A stretch of DNA of 64,000 bases from Mobula hypostoma (taxonomy: Eukaryota). Position numbers and translations under genes: made by a program. The notes under the pieces are model-generated. The model was not told the origin of the DNA and made no database searches. It saw only the letters and a program-made list of their open reading frames with translations. How positions within the stretch are numbered: the first letter of the stretch is position 1; the number at the start of each line of letters is the position of its first letter. The DNA lies in contig NC_086101.1 of assembly GCF_963921235.1 (NCBI RefSeq), positions 12,154,001 through 12,218,000 of the forward strand. Reading direction: 5' to 3'. Positions 1-12,088 of this stretch are shown here, in pieces.

Positions 1-996
1 GCGGAAGAAAAGTTCTGCATCATGGCGAACACGGAACTCGCTGAGGTGTGGGCGAAGGGGGACAAACGTGAGGCCCTTACTGAGAACAGAGCGTTCTGCC
101 TCCGACAGTTGAAGGTCGGAGGGGATGGTAAAGACCCGGCACGGATGAGAGCTGGGATCAGAGGGGGGAGGGGGGAGGGTGGGGGTGTCAATGGAGAGGG
201 GAGGGTTGGGGTGAGAGGAAGATGGAGCCTCTGAGGGCCCAGGAGTTGACGGTGGGATCTGAGGAAGACGGGGCTGCGGAGTGGTGGTGGGGGAAGGGGA
301 GACGGGAGTCACAACAGCAGCACATAAAGACCCGGCCTGGAGTTCAAGGCTGGAGTCGCAGTTGGTGGTTGCGCGATCGCTTTGAATGTCTCCATGGTCG
401 TTGCTGGAGTCCAGGTTTTGAATATGTCCTGAGGTGTTGGAGCCGCCGAGATCAACGGCAGGGGCCGCAACCGAAAGTTCATGCCTGCTAGCGTCGGGGC
501 CGGCAGGCTCTGGAGTCCGTAGATGTAAGATCTTGCGATCTTTGCCTAACATGACAAAGTCAAAGAAACGGCGATTGCAGGCGTGGATCCGACGGAGGAT
601 GAAATAGCGGGTAGGACCATTACAGACGGCGAAGAAAGTGTCCCGAAGGTGTGGAAGGGTCTGGGATAGGGACACCAAGTACCTCCTCATGGCGGAGAGC
701 GTCGCCTTCAGAGCTTGACGGGAGAAGCGGCGAGAGGCAGAGTCAATGAAATGTGAGTACCTGGGATCCTCAGAAGGTCCAAATTGAGAGGCTTGGAAAC
801 GAATCCTAAAGCCAACTGGAGTAAGTTGGCGACGGAGGCACGTTCCAAGAAAGGATACATGGCTGTGATAGCGAGTTTGAGTGAAAGTCTGGTCGAAAAG
901 TTGAAGAGCCGAAGAAATCACAGATGGGGAGCAGTGAGAGATGGTTTCACTGAACTCCCGTCGAAGAGAGGATCTAAACTTCTTCGGTGTAGGCAT
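1..996 (-). CDS. N-terminal 332 codons of a Penelope-like retroelement ORF, open to the window edge
   Basis: ATG at 996-994 opens a frame with no stop down to base 1 (MPTPKKFRSSLRREFSE...LSEAERSVLSKGLTFVPLRPHLSEFRVRHDAELFFR). The LSKGLxFxP motif typically precedes the RT in Penelope-like ORFs. Absent from the ORF track because it has no stop inside the window. CpG-rich. Confidence 0.8.
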   Translation of the reverse strand, partial: MPTPKKFRSSLRREFSETISHCSPSVISSALQLFDQTFTQTRYHSHVSFLGTCLRRQLTPVGFRIRFQASQFGPSEDPRYSHFIDSASRRFSRQALKATLSAMRRYLVSLSQTLPHLRDTFFAVCNGPTRYFILRRIHACNRRFFDFVMLGKDRKILHLRTPEPAGPDASRHELSVAAPAVDLGGSNTSGHIQNLDSSNDHGDIQSDRATTNCDSSLELQAGSLCAAVVTPVSPSPTTTPQPRLPQIPPSTPGPSEAPSSSHPNPPLSIDTPTLPPPPSDPSSHPCRVFTIPSDLQLSEAERSVLSKGLTFVPLRPHLSEFRVRHDAELFFR

Positions 997-1042
997 CACC
1001 GGAAGAGGCTTCGCAGTAGTGAATTTAAACGCAAACAACAGG

Positions 1043-1820
1043 CTACACATGCCCTTACACTTCCTCCCTTACCACCATTCAGGGCCCCAAACAGTCCTTC
1101 CAGGTGAGGCATCACTTCACCTGTGAGTCGACTGGGGTGATATACTGCGTCCGGTGCTCCCGATGTGGCCTTTTATATATTGGTGAGACCCGACGCAGAC
1201 TGGGAGACCGCTTTGCTGAACATCTACGCTCTGTCCGCCAGAGAAAGCAGGATCTCCCAGTGGCCACACATTTTAATTCCACATCCCATTCCCATTCTGA
1301 CATGTCTATCCACGGCCTCCTCTACTGTAAAGATGAAGCCACACTCAGGTTGGAGGAACAACACCTTATATTCCGTATGGGTAGCCTCCAACCTGATGGC
1401 ATGAACATTGACTTCTCTAACTTCCGCTAGGCCCCACCTCCCCCTCGTACCCCATCTGTTACTCTTTTTTATGCACACATTCTTTCTCTCACTCTCCTTT
1501 TTCTCCCTCTGTCCCTCTGAATATACCTCTTGCCCATCCTCTGGGTCACCCCCCCCCCCGTCTTTCTTCCCAGACCTCCTGTCCCATGATCCTCTTGTAT
1601 CCCCTTCTGCCTATCACCTGTCCAGCTCTCGGCTCCATCCCTCCCCCTCCTGTCTTCTCCTATCATTTTGCATCTCCCCCTCCCCCTCCAGCTTTCAAAT
1701 CCCTTACTCACTCTTCCTTCAGTTAGTCCTGACGAAGGGTCTCGGCCTGAAACGTTGACTGCACCTCTTCCTACAGATGCTGCCTGGCCTGCTGCGTTCA
1801 CCAGCAACTTTTATGTGTGT
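1043..1820 (+). mobile_element. Penelope-like element 3' segment: GIY-YIG endonuclease, pyrimidine-rich 3' UTR and hammerhead tail, back-to-back with the ORF at 1-996
   Basis: ORF 1104-1430 reads GVIYCVRCSRCGLLYIGETRRRLGDRFAEH...GMN (GIY-YIG with CxxC). The same tail recurs throughout the window. Confidence 0.9.
1725..1760 (+). ncRNA. Minimal hammerhead ribozyme motif (cleavage triplet GTT instead of GTC)
   Basis: AGTC-CTGACGA-AGGGTCTCGGCCT-GAAA-CGTT-GACT. Confidence 0.7.
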
Positions 1821-1821
1821 T

Positions 1822-2030
1822 CAGTGAAATGGATTGTCTGTCAACGACGAGCTGTGCTGAGGGTAGCCCACAAGAGCTGCTATGCTTCCAGCGCCACAGC
1901 ATGCCCACAATTTACCAACTCTAATCTGTATGTCTTTGAAATGTGGGAGGAATCTAGAGTACCCGGAGGAAAACCACATTGCCACGGGAAGAACATACAG
2001 ACAGCGGCAGGTATTGAACTGCACACAGCA
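1822..2030 (-). mobile_element. V-SINE-like (HE1-type) SINE fragment
   Basis: Minus strand carries GGTTTTCCTCCGGGTACTCTAGATTCCTCCCAC, resembling the V-SINE central domain. Related copies at about 3740-4035 and 35330-35600. Confidence 0.6.
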
Positions 2031-2519
2031 CACCTTTCCAACAATGATACACAAGGGGGGAATTGCTGAGATGGGAATGTGCAGGCAGTTTGGGAAGAAG
2101 CGTGTACACATCCTCTTCTCCAGGCAGACCCCAACTTGGGGTCCACAGACCCCCTTGCTTCATGGTATCGGTCCATGGCATTAAAAATAATCAGCAACTT
2201 GGGCACACACTCTCAAAAAGGTTCACCACCCCTAGATACCGTGGGCACCAATATCTGCCAGGAGGTTGTCTGAAAATCCAGGGCTGTAGTTACAAGGAGA
2301 GACCGGACGGACATCAAAGTATGTCAGGGTAAAGGGTGAACACACAGGATTATAAAATTACAAGGAGCATAGATTGGATCAGAAACAAAACCAGGTTTAT
2401 CATCACTTATATATGTTGTGAAATTTGTTGTTTTAAGCCAGAAGCACATTGCAAAGACCTTTAAAAATCACTACAAGTTACCTTAAAATAAACAAATAGT
2501 ACAAGCAATAAACAGTGTA

Positions 2520-2815
2520 GCAAATAGATAGAATCTTTTCTCCAGGGCAGGAGTGTCTGGAACTAGAGGGAAAACAGTGAAGATGACAGGGAAGAAGTTT
2601 AATGGAGGGGTGAAGGGAATGTTTTTTTCACACAGAGGGTGGTGAGTACCTGGAGTGAGCTGCCAGAGGAGGTGCCATTGGCAAATAACATTGCCACAGT
2701 TAAAAGGCATTTGGGTAGGTTCTTGGTTAGGAAAGGTAAAGGCATGAAGTGGGAAAATGCAATTAGCATACAGGCATTGGGATTGGCGATGAAGGGTCCC
2801 TTCTCTGTACTGCAT
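2520..2815 (+). mobile_element. CR1 LINE 3' fragment
   Basis: FFTQRVVSTWSELPEEV motif of the CR1 ORF2 C-terminus followed by the GAAGGG..TGTACTG tail. Confidence 0.7.
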
Positions 2816-2922
2816 GTGTGAAATCCCAGGTTGACGGCTGACAGTCCAGCACAGAACCTAAAACCTTATGGGGCAGAGGGAGGAACTCAGGGACGCCAAG
2901 ACAGACCCAGGGTTTCACGTAC

Positions 2923-3098
2923 CTCAGTTCTTCCTGCAGGGCATCCCGCTCCTGAGCTGTGGTCTCAAGAGTTGCCCTCAAGTGTGCCGTCTCGCCCCGG
3001 CTTTTCTCTTGAGTCTGCTGCAGCTCTTCCTCCAACTCGGCCACCCTTTGCCGCAGAGTCTCCAGGTCGCCGTCCAGAGACTTAGGCACAAGTGACAG
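2923..3098 (-). CDS. CCHCR1: CCHCR1 internal coding exon (coiled coil), phase 0 to 2; gene continues beyond the left edge
   Basis: Acceptor cctttctttccggttccgacag|CTG, donor CTGAG|gtacgt. Peptide LSLVPKSLDGDLETLRQRVAELEEELQQTQEKSRGETAHLRATLETTAQERDALQEEL. Phase is compatible with exon 7395-7791. Confidence 0.75.
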
Positions 3099-4379
3099 CT
3101 GTCGGAACCGGAAAGAAAGGTTTATACCCACAGATGCTGGAATCTGCAGCTACACTAGTTTGTGGCAGGGGGTGGAAATTCATTCATTCATATTTTCGGG
3201 ATTCAACATTGACAACTAATGACCCCTGAACTGGTACAGACGACGCCACTCCCCACTGCATTGCAGCCATTTGGAAAAGGAAATTCGCCCTTGGAAAACT
3301 CACCAAAAATTGAGATAGGGATAAAATTTACAGCCATTGAATTTATGTAAAAAAAAATGAATACATGCATTAATTTTTTCAAGTCGCATTTCTTGATACA
3401 TCAGGGAGGCAGCTCCATCATGGGTTCTAGCCACCGCCACTGAGGCAGTGCCTCATGGAGATGGCATCGCTGATTAAGGACCCTCCCCATTGGGACATGC
3501 CCTCTTCTCATTAGAGGGGAGGTACAGGAAGGTGAAGATCCACATTCAGTGTTTTAGGAACAGCTTCTTCCCTTCTGCATTCAGATTTCTGAACAGTCCA
3601 TGAAGCCTGAACACTACCTCCCTATTTCGTTCTCTTTTTGCACTAATTATATTTTTATAGATTTTATTGAAACTTAAAGTAATTTTTACGTATTGCGCTG
3701 TCAGTGATAATAAACCTGATTCCAATAAAAGATCAAGGTCTTACAGATTGGCTTTATTTGTCATGTGTACACTGAAACACACAATGAAATGCATCGTTTG
3801 TGTCAACGACCAACATAGTCCGAGGATGTACTGGGGGCAGCCTGATAATGTCGCCGCCCACAAATCACTAATCCTAACACCTACGACTTTGGACTGTGGG
3901 AGGAAACTGGAGCACCTGGAGGAAACCCAGCTATCATGTGGAGAACGTACAAACTCCTTACAGACAACGGCGGGAATTTAACCCAGGTCGCTGGCAGTGT
4001 AAAGCTTTACGTTGACCACCAGGTTACAGTGCCTCGCTACATGTACAGCTTGCAGAAAATCATACTGTGGACTAGCATACCTCATAAGGCAGGGGTCACC
4101 AGTCACTTGCTGGGCTATTTCAGTCAGCTATATTGTCGGCTCTGAGCAGGTTAAAAATGGTAGATTTCCACCTGAAGGACATTAGTGACAATCTGATAGT
4201 TTTCATGGCCTTGGATGTTTAGTGTCATAAGAAACTGAAACCCATCAGAGCAGCACACAGTATCCAACTCTACTAGCCGTGTTTTCTGGTTTATTAATTG
4301 GGTTTAAATTCTTTATGCAACATACATCAAAGTTGCTGGTGAACGCAGCAGGCCAGGCAGCATCTATAGGAAGAGGTAC

Positions 4380-4415
4380 AGTCGACGTTTCAGGCCGAGA
4401 CCCTTCGTCAGGACT
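4380..4415 (-). ncRNA. Minimal hammerhead ribozyme with intact core, in an isolated ~130 bp Penelope tail (about 4315-4443)
   Basis: Minus strand AGTC-CTGACGA-AGGGTCTCGGCCT-GAAA-CGTC-GACT. Confidence 0.75.
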
Positions 4416-5267
4416 AACTGAAGGAAGAGTGAGTAAGGGATTTATTCATGTTTTGATTGAATCTCGTTCCTTGGATCACTTCACAGATTCACTGAGTTAT
4501 ACAGCATGGAAACAGGTCCTTTGGCTCGACTTATCCATGCTGACCAAGATGCCTACCTACACTAATCCCATTTGCCCATATTCTGTAAACTCTTTCCTAT
4601 ACAGGAAGCTGGCCAAAAGTATTTTAAACACTGCAATCCTATCCACCTCCACCATTCCCTCTGCCAGCTAGTCCAGCAGTTTAACCACTGTGCCAAGCCT
4701 TACCCCTTTGACTCTGCAGGTGCGGGAGGCTCGAGGTCAGTGAATGAGAGAGTGGAAACAGACCCTTCAGCTGGGCATGTTCATGCCAACCAAGATGCTC
4801 ATCTAAGCCAGTCTCATTTGCCAGCATTTGGCCCATATCCTGTAAACCTTTCCTATCCATGTCTCTGTCGATATGTCTTTTAAATGTTATTGTACCAGCC
4901 TCAAGCATTTCCTTTGGCAGCTCATAATATGTAAGGAAGAAGTTGCTCCTTGGCATGTACAAAATTGCATAATACAAAATTGAGTTTTGTGAGACAAAAT
5001 GGCGTTGGTCTGGACTGTGGGAATGTTCAAAGTAAAAGGGGACCATTCCACTGTGAATGCTTTGAGAACTGGTTTACAGCCCCGAGTAGATAATATTGAA
5101 AAACATTCTTGCCGAGAAGGGGAAGGCGGTTGTGCAGGTGCAGAAACCACCAGGTTCTATGCCATGGGAAAGTACGAGGATAAAGGGTGAGGAACGGTAT
5201 AAAAATGGGGCAATTTCCTTGTGTAAGGGGAAAGCTTCTCTCAAGCTGGGTTGCGACTGGTGCTAAG

Positions 5268-5420
5268 AGATAGAGATGAGAGATGAGAGAGACAGAGAGA
5301 CATAGAGTTAGGGAGATATACTGTATATATAGGGCGCAATATATACAGATAGCGATAGAGATGGAGAGAGATGGGAGAAAGATGGTATGAGAGATGTTGG
5401 GAAAGAGAGAGATAGATACT
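5268..5420. repeat. GA/GAGAT-rich low-complexity repeat
   Basis: gagatagagatgagagatgagagagacagagagacatagag... Confidence 0.7.
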
Positions 5421-5680
5421 GGAAAAGCTGTCGGATATTCGTGCCTCCCTCCAGCAGTGAGTTACTCGGTGTTTGGTTCATAAGGTTTAATTTGTTTACT
5501 TTACGATCTCATTAACCATATTTCTTTCTTTCTGTATTTTATCCTTTATATTTCTCTAATGAACTAACTTCTTCCAATCCTGAACATGTGCCCAGGGACC
5601 CCTTCGTTTGGAGGTACCTCTTGCTGCTGAATTGGAAGAGAACAAGAGACGAATTTAAAAATTATTTCTATTACCGAATA

Positions 5681-7251
5681 CAGTGCCTATAAAAAGTATT
5701 TACCCTGCCCCCCCCAGATGTTTTCATGTTTTATTGTTTTACAACATTGAATCACAGTGGATTTAATTTGACTTTTTTGACACTGATCAACAGAAAAGGA
5801 CTCCTTCCTGTCAAAGTGAAAACAGATTCTGCAAAGTGATCTACATTAATTACAAATATAAAACACAAAATAATTAATTGCCTAAGTATTCAACACCACT
5901 CCCCTTTAATGTGACATCAAATCATCACTGGAGCTGCCAAATGGTTTTAGAAGTCACACAATTAGTTAAATGGAAATCTGTTTTTGGAGACCTGTGGGCG
6001 GTCAAGTGTTTCAGTTGATTGTAGTAAAAATACACTTGTATCTGGAAGGTCTAACTGTTGGTGAGTCAGCATCCAGGCAAAAACTATGTCATCAAAAGAA
6101 CACTCCAAGCAACTCCGCGAAAATGTTATTGAAAAGCACAAGTCAGGGAATGGAGACAGTTAAATCAATCATCAAGAAATGGAAAGAATAAATCTACCTA
6201 GAGCAGGCCGTCTTCAAAAACTGAGTGACCGTGCAAGAAGGGGACTAGTGAGAGAGGTCACCAAGAGACCTACGACAACTCTGGAGGAGTTACAAGCTTC
6301 AGTGGCTGAGATGAAGAGAGACTGCACACACAACAACTACTTTGCCCGGCTGCTTCACAGGTCGCAGCTTTAAGGGAGAGGGGCAAAGAGAAGGCCACCA
6401 TTGAAAAAAACTCACATAAAATCTCGGCTACAATTTTCCAGAAGGCATGTGGGAGACTGAAGTCAGCTGGAAGAAGGTTCTATGGCAGATGAAACCAAAA
6501 TTGGGCTTTTTGGCCATCAGACTAAACACGTAATCTAAGAACCGCACATCATCCCTACCGTGAAGCATGGTGGTTGGCTGCATCATGCTGTGGGGATGCT
6601 TCACTGCAGCAGGCCCTGGAAGACTTTTGAAGGTAGGGGGCAAACTTAATGCAGCAAGATACAGGAAACCCTGAGGAAGACCTGATGCAGTCTGCAAGAG
6701 AACTGTGACTTGGGAGAAGATTTGTTTCCCAGCCAGGCAATGACCCCAAGCATGAAGCCAAAACTACACTGGAGTGTCTTAAAAACAACAAAGTTAATGT
6801 CCTGGAGTGGGCAAGTCAGAGTCTAGACTTCAATTCAATTGACAACTTGTGGCTGGACTTGAAAAGGGCTGTTCATTCATGAATCCGATGCAATCTGACA
6901 GAGCTTGAGCAGTTTTGTAAAGCAGAATGGGGAAAAATTGCAGTGTCCAGATGTGCAAAGCTGATGGAGACCTATTCACATAGGCTAAATGCTGTAATTG
7001 CTGCTAAAAGTGCATCTACTAAATACTGACTTGAAGGGGGTGAATACTTATGCAATCAATTAGTTTGTGTTTTATATTTGTAATTAACGCAGATCACTTT
7101 GTAGAGATTTGTTTTCACTTTGACACAAAAGAGCCTTTTTTCTGTTGATCAGTGTGAAAAAAACCAAAATCCACTGTGGTTCAATGTTGTAAAACAACAA
7201 AACATGAAAACTTCCAGGGCAGTGAGGGGTGAATACTTGTTATAGATACTG
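5681..7251 (+). mobile_element. Tc1-family DNA transposon, full length with decayed transposase
   Basis: TA|CAGTGCCTATAAAAAGTATT ... GAATACTTGTTATAGATACTG|TA with ~200 bp inverted repeats. Fragments NLPRAGRLQKLSDRARRGLVREVTKRPTTTLEELQAS, NDPKH and SQSLDFNSIDNLW, broken by frameshifts. Confidence 0.9.
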
Positions 7252-7394
7252 TACGTGAACAACACTCGTGTGAAGAAGTTGCCCCTTAGGGTGCATTTAA
7301 ATCTTCACCTGCTCATTTCAGCTATTAAGATAAAAGAAATTTGGAGCAACAGCACTGCCGGGAGTTGGTGCCGAGCATCTGCCATCCTGCTGAC

Positions 7395-7791
7395 CTGCAA
7401 GTGGTTCTCCCTGCTTGTCTCTTCTCTCAGCCAGGCTGAGCCATCTTGCTGTTCCCTCCTTCTCAGCTCCTTTGGCTCTCCCTGCTGCTTCCCGGGCTCC
7501 TGGGGGGAGCGGTCTCCTTCCCTCACCGCATGCAACTCTCGCCGCTGGTCCTCCGTCTCGTCCCAGTGGCGATGCTGTGGCGGGGCTGCCCCCAGCCTCT
7601 GCAGCTCGGCCCTCAGCTCTCCCAGCTGCTCACCCAGACAGGCGAGCAGACGGTCCTTCTCGGCAACGGCGGCCGCCTGCCGCGCCACCCTGTCCCTCAG
7701 CAGCCCCGCCTCCAGGCAGGGTGCCTCCCAACTCTCCTCCACCCGTCTGGCCAGCTCATGGCTCGGCAGTGATCTCTCCTGTTCTGATGAC
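7395..7791 (-). CDS. CCHCR1: CCHCR1 coding exon 3, phase 2 to 0
   Basis: Acceptor cccacacag|G, donor TTGCAG|gtcagc. 397 nt open frame, coiled-coil-like LLRDRVARQAAAVAEKDRLLACLGEQLGELRAELQRL. Phase joins exon 12901-13090. Confidence 0.75.
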
Positions 7792-7883
7792 CTGTGTGGG
7801 TTGGTAGACAACAGAATTTTTTCCTATTAACCAAAATAAATTTTATTCATAATTTAAAAAAATCAAGGACTAAACACTGCCAC

Positions 7884-10800
7884 AGACATCCCACCTCTCC
7901 TGGAACTTCCGGGAGTCCCCCGCATATTAATAGTGGCTCCCTGATGCCCGCAAATTACATACAATATCACGGAAATCAATTTTTTTGAGAGCGAGCGAGA
8001 GAAAAGCAAGAGAGAGTGTGAGAGCGAGAGAGCGAGCAAGTGAGAAAGCGAGAGAGGGCGAGCGAGAGAAAGCAAGCGAGAGCACGCCATTGCAGAGTGT
8101 TCCAAAAAAAATAAAACGTACGTCAGCCCAGACTACACTAAAGTGTACCCCTGCCTAATAGGGGTCAAAATAATGACAGTGTTGCTCGCTGGACTGTTTG
8201 CAACACTGACTTTTCTATGGCCCGTGGTGGGTTAAGACTGTAAAAGATATGTTGAGGTGAGTTTAACAGATGTCATTCGTTCATTAGCATAGTTAACGTT
8301 ATTTAAACCAGCTGGCTGGCTGCTAAGGAGCTACTCTGTTGCAGACATCCCACCTCTCCTGGAAGTCTCCCACAAATTGTTGGTACTACCTCCCTGAAAT
8401 GAGGCAGCTTAATATTCCAGGGTTCCGATGTTTCAGATGTGATCGAGGCAGAGGAATGAAAGGTGGGGGAGTGGCATTGCTTGTTAGGGAAAATATTACA
8501 ACAGTGCTCAGGCAGGACAGATTAGAGGGCTTATCTACTGAGTCCTTATGGGTGGAGCTGAGAAACAGGAAAGGTATGGCCACATTAGTGGGATTGTATT
8601 ACAGACCACCCAATAGTCAAAGAGAATTGGAAGTGCAAATCTGCAGAGAGATAGCAGGCAACTGCAGGAAACATAAAGTTGTGGTGGTAGGGGATTTTAA
8701 TTTTCCATATATTGATTGGGTCTCCCATACTGTTAGGGGTCTAGATGGTTTAGAGTTTGTAAAATGTGTTCAGGAAAGTTTTCTAAACCAATATATAGAG
8801 GGACCAACTAGAGGGGATGCAATATTGTTATTATAATTTCCTGTCAGGAAACGAGTTAGGACAAGTGACAGAAGTCTGTGTAGGGGAGCACTTTGGTTCC
8901 AGTGATCATAACACCATTAGTTTCAACTTGATCATGGACAAGGATAGATCTGGTCCTAGGGTTGAGGTTCTGAACTGGAAGAAGGCCAAATTTGAAGAAA
9001 TGAGAAAGGATCTAAAAAGCGTGGATTGGGACAGGTTGTTCTCTGGCATGGATGTGATCGGTAGGTGGGAAGCCTTCAAAGCAGAAACTTTGAGAGTGCA
9101 GAATTTGTATGTTCCTGTCAGGATTAAAGGCAAGGTGAATAGGAATAAGGAACCTTGGTTCTCAAGGGATATTGCAACTCTGATAAAGAAGAAGAGGGAG
9201 TTGTACGACGTGTATAGGAAGCAGGGAGTAAATAAGGTGCTTGAGGAGTATAAGAAGTGCAAGAAAATACTTAAGAAAGAAATCAGGAGGGCTAAAAGAA
9301 GACATGAGGTTGCCTTGGCAGTCAAAGTGAAGGATAATCCAAAGAGCTTTTACAGGTATATTAAGACCAAAAGGATTGTAAGGGATAAAATTGGTCCTCT
9401 TGAAGATCAGAGTGGTCGGCTATGTGCAGAACCAAAGGAAATGGGGGAGATCTTAAATAGCTTTTTTGCGTCTGTGTTTACTAAGGAAACTGGCATGAAG
9501 TCTATGGAATTAAGGGAAACAAGTAGTGAGATCATGGAAACTGTACATATCGAAAAGGAGGTCCTTGCTGTCTTGAGGAAAATTAAAGTGGATAAATCCC
9601 CGGGACCTGACAGGGTGTTCCCTCGGACCTTGAAGGAGACTAGTGTTGAAATTGCAGGGGCCCTGGCAGAAATATTTAAAATGTCACTGTCTACAGGTGA
9701 GGTGCCAGAGGATTGGAGAGCGGCTCATGTTGTTCCGTTGTTTAAAAAAGGATCGAAAAGTAATCCGAGAAATTATAGGCCAGTAAGTTTAATGTCGGTA
9801 GTAGGTAAGTTATTGGAGGGAGTACTAAGAGGCAGAATCTACAAGCATTTGGATAGACTGGGACTTATCAGGGAGAGTCAACATGGCTTTGTGCGTGGTA
9901 GGTCATGTTTGACCAATCTACTGGAGTTTTTCGAGGAGGTTACCAGGAAAGTGGATGAAGGGAAGGCAGTGGATATTGTCTACATGGACTTCAGTAAGGC
10001 CTTTGACAAGGTCCTGCATGGGAGGTTAGTTAGGAAAATTCAGTCACTAGGTATACATGGAGAGGTGGTAAATTGCATTAGACATTGGCTCGATGGAAGA
10101 AGCCAGAGAGTGGTGGTAGAGAATTGCTTCTCTGAGTGGAGGCCTGTGACTAGTGGTGTGCCACAGGGATCAGTGCTGGGTCCATTGGAAGAAGCCAGAG
10201 AGTGGTGGTAGAGAATTGCTTCTCTGAGTGGAGGCCTGTGACTAGTGGTGTGCCACAGGGATCAGTGCTGGGTCCATTGTTATTTGTCATCTATATCAAT
10301 GATCTGGATGATAATGTGGTAAATTGGATCAGCAAGTTTGCTGATGATACAAAGATTGGAGATGTAGTAGACAGTGAGGAAGGTTTTCAGAGCCTGCAGA
10401 GGGACTTGGACCAGCTGGAAAAATGGGCTGAAAAATAGAGGAGTTTAATACTGACAAGTGTGAGGTATTGCACGTTGGAAGGACAAACCAACATAGAACA
10501 TACAGGGTTAATGGTAAGGCACTGAGGAGTGTAGTGGAACAGAGGGATCTGGGAATACAGATACAAAATTCCCTAAAAGTGGCATCACAGGTAGATAGGG
10601 TCGTAAAGAGAGCTTTTGGTACATTGGCCTTCATTAATCGAAGTATTGAGTACAAGAGCTGGAATGTTATGATGAGGTTGTATAAGGCATTGGTGAGGCC
10701 GAATCTGGAGTATTGTGTTCAGTTTTGGTCACCAAATTACAGAAAGGATATAAATAAGGTTGAAAGAGTGCAGAGAAGGTTTACAAGGATGTTGCCGGGA

Positions 10801-11264
10801 CTTGAGAAACTCAGTTACAGAGAAAGGTTGAATAGGTTGGGACTTTATTCCCTGGAGCGTAGAAGAATGAGGGGAGATTTGATAGAGGTATATAAAATTA
10901 TGATGGGTATAGATAGAGTGAATGCAAGCAGGCTTTTTCCACTGAGACAAGGGGAGAAAAAAACCCAGAGGACATGGGTTTAGGGTGAGGGGGGAAAAGT
11001 TTAAAGGGAACATTATGGGGGGCTTCTTCACACAGAGAGTGGTGGGAGTATGGAATGAGCTGCCAGACGAGGTGGTAAATGCGGGTTCTTTTTTAACATT
11101 TAAGAATAAATTGGACAGATACATGGATGGGAGGTGTAAGGAGGAATATGGTCCGTGTGCAGGTCAGTGCGACTAGGCAGAAAATGGTTCGGCACAGCCA
11201 AGAAGGGCCAAAAGGCCTGTTTCTGCGCTGTAGTTTCTATGAGTTTTTGCAGGGTGGGGTGCCT
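7884..11264. mobile_element. Non-autonomous DNA element (hAT-like MITE) split by a CR1 insertion
   Basis: Left end AGACATCCCACC (repeated internally near 8343), degenerate right end GGTGGGGTGCCT. 8 bp flanks actgccac and ggtgccac match 6/8. Contains a (GAGC/GA)n tract at about 7988-8083. Confidence 0.45.
8404..11243 (+). mobile_element. CR1 LINE, 5'-truncated: ORF2 APE endonuclease and RT, disrupted
   Basis: GGGVALLV, YRPPNS, GDFNFP, SDHN, KSPGPD, NYRPVSL, DFSKAFDKV, GVPQGSVLGP and KFADD motifs; CR1 3' tail; internal 92 bp tandem duplication at 10094-10277. Confidence 0.95.
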
Positions 11265-11299
11265 GGTGCCACTCATGTGGTCCCTTGTGGTGGTTCACT

Positions 11300-12085
11300 A
11301 CTACAATAATTGAGGGGCTTCCTCACCCAACCTGGACCCTCCCCGTCCAGTAGAAGAAACCCAGACGTCTTTCCCCACCGACCTCACTGCACCGAGCTTC
11401 AGTTCGTCCCTCAGCACATAGTCCTGCAGCCTGGAATGTGCCAGTCAGCAGCAATCCTCCATGTACTGGAAAACCAACGAGTCTTGGCAAACCAAAGGGC
11501 GTGTTTCACTGAGTTGGTCATCTCCCAACAACACTTGACGCTCTTCTTTCTATGCGTCTCTGCGAACAGCCCCGTAGATCAGTGTCCTCCGTCACGCAGA
11601 TGCTCGGGTTGAAACGTGACACAGGCCCTCGCACCTTTCTCCACATCCTCTTCGCAAACCCACAGTCCACAAAGAGGTGAGCGACCATCTCCTCCCCACT
11701 AGTCACCTCGGGGCCGCACATAGTGGGGTGATGCTCTGGGCATGCAGCACGGACCAGACTGGGAGGGCCCCTCTCACTGCCAGCCAGGCAAGGTCTTGCG
11801 CCTGTTGTTGAGATCTGATGACGATGCTTTCTGCCAAACAGTCTGTTCAGGAACCACCACACTGTGTCCATCAAGTCCTTCTGCAGGACTTTCTGTACTG
11901 ACCACTACCTAACGGAGTTCTGGTCAAAGACGTTGATCTGGAAGAACTTTTCAACGAAGGACAGGTAGTGTGGCGCCATCCAGCAGGCTGGGACTTTGTG
12001 TGGCAACGGGTCAAACCCATACTTTGCAACACCGGGGACAGAAAGAACCTCAGCACATGGTGCCTTTGATCCCATGGGCTTGGAA
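11300..12085 (-). mobile_element. Decayed L1/Tx1-clade LINE fragment (C-terminal zinc-finger region)
   Basis: Peptide CGPEVTSGEEMVAHLFVDCGFAKRMWRKV resembles the zf-RVT ExxxHLFxxC..W motif. Confidence 0.5.
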
Positions 12086-12088
12086 ATA

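Noticed and set aside
4700..5630. Possible extra small CCHCR1 exons on the minus strand (acceptor-like site near 5627; 8-10 nt microexon near 4704-4713)
   Set aside because: Flanking exons already join in phase 0 and these candidates have no recognisable homology; RNA-seq would be needed.
7255..7830. Plus-strand 191, 130 and 108 aa ORFs as genes
   Set aside because: Antisense shadows of the GC-rich CCHCR1 exon.
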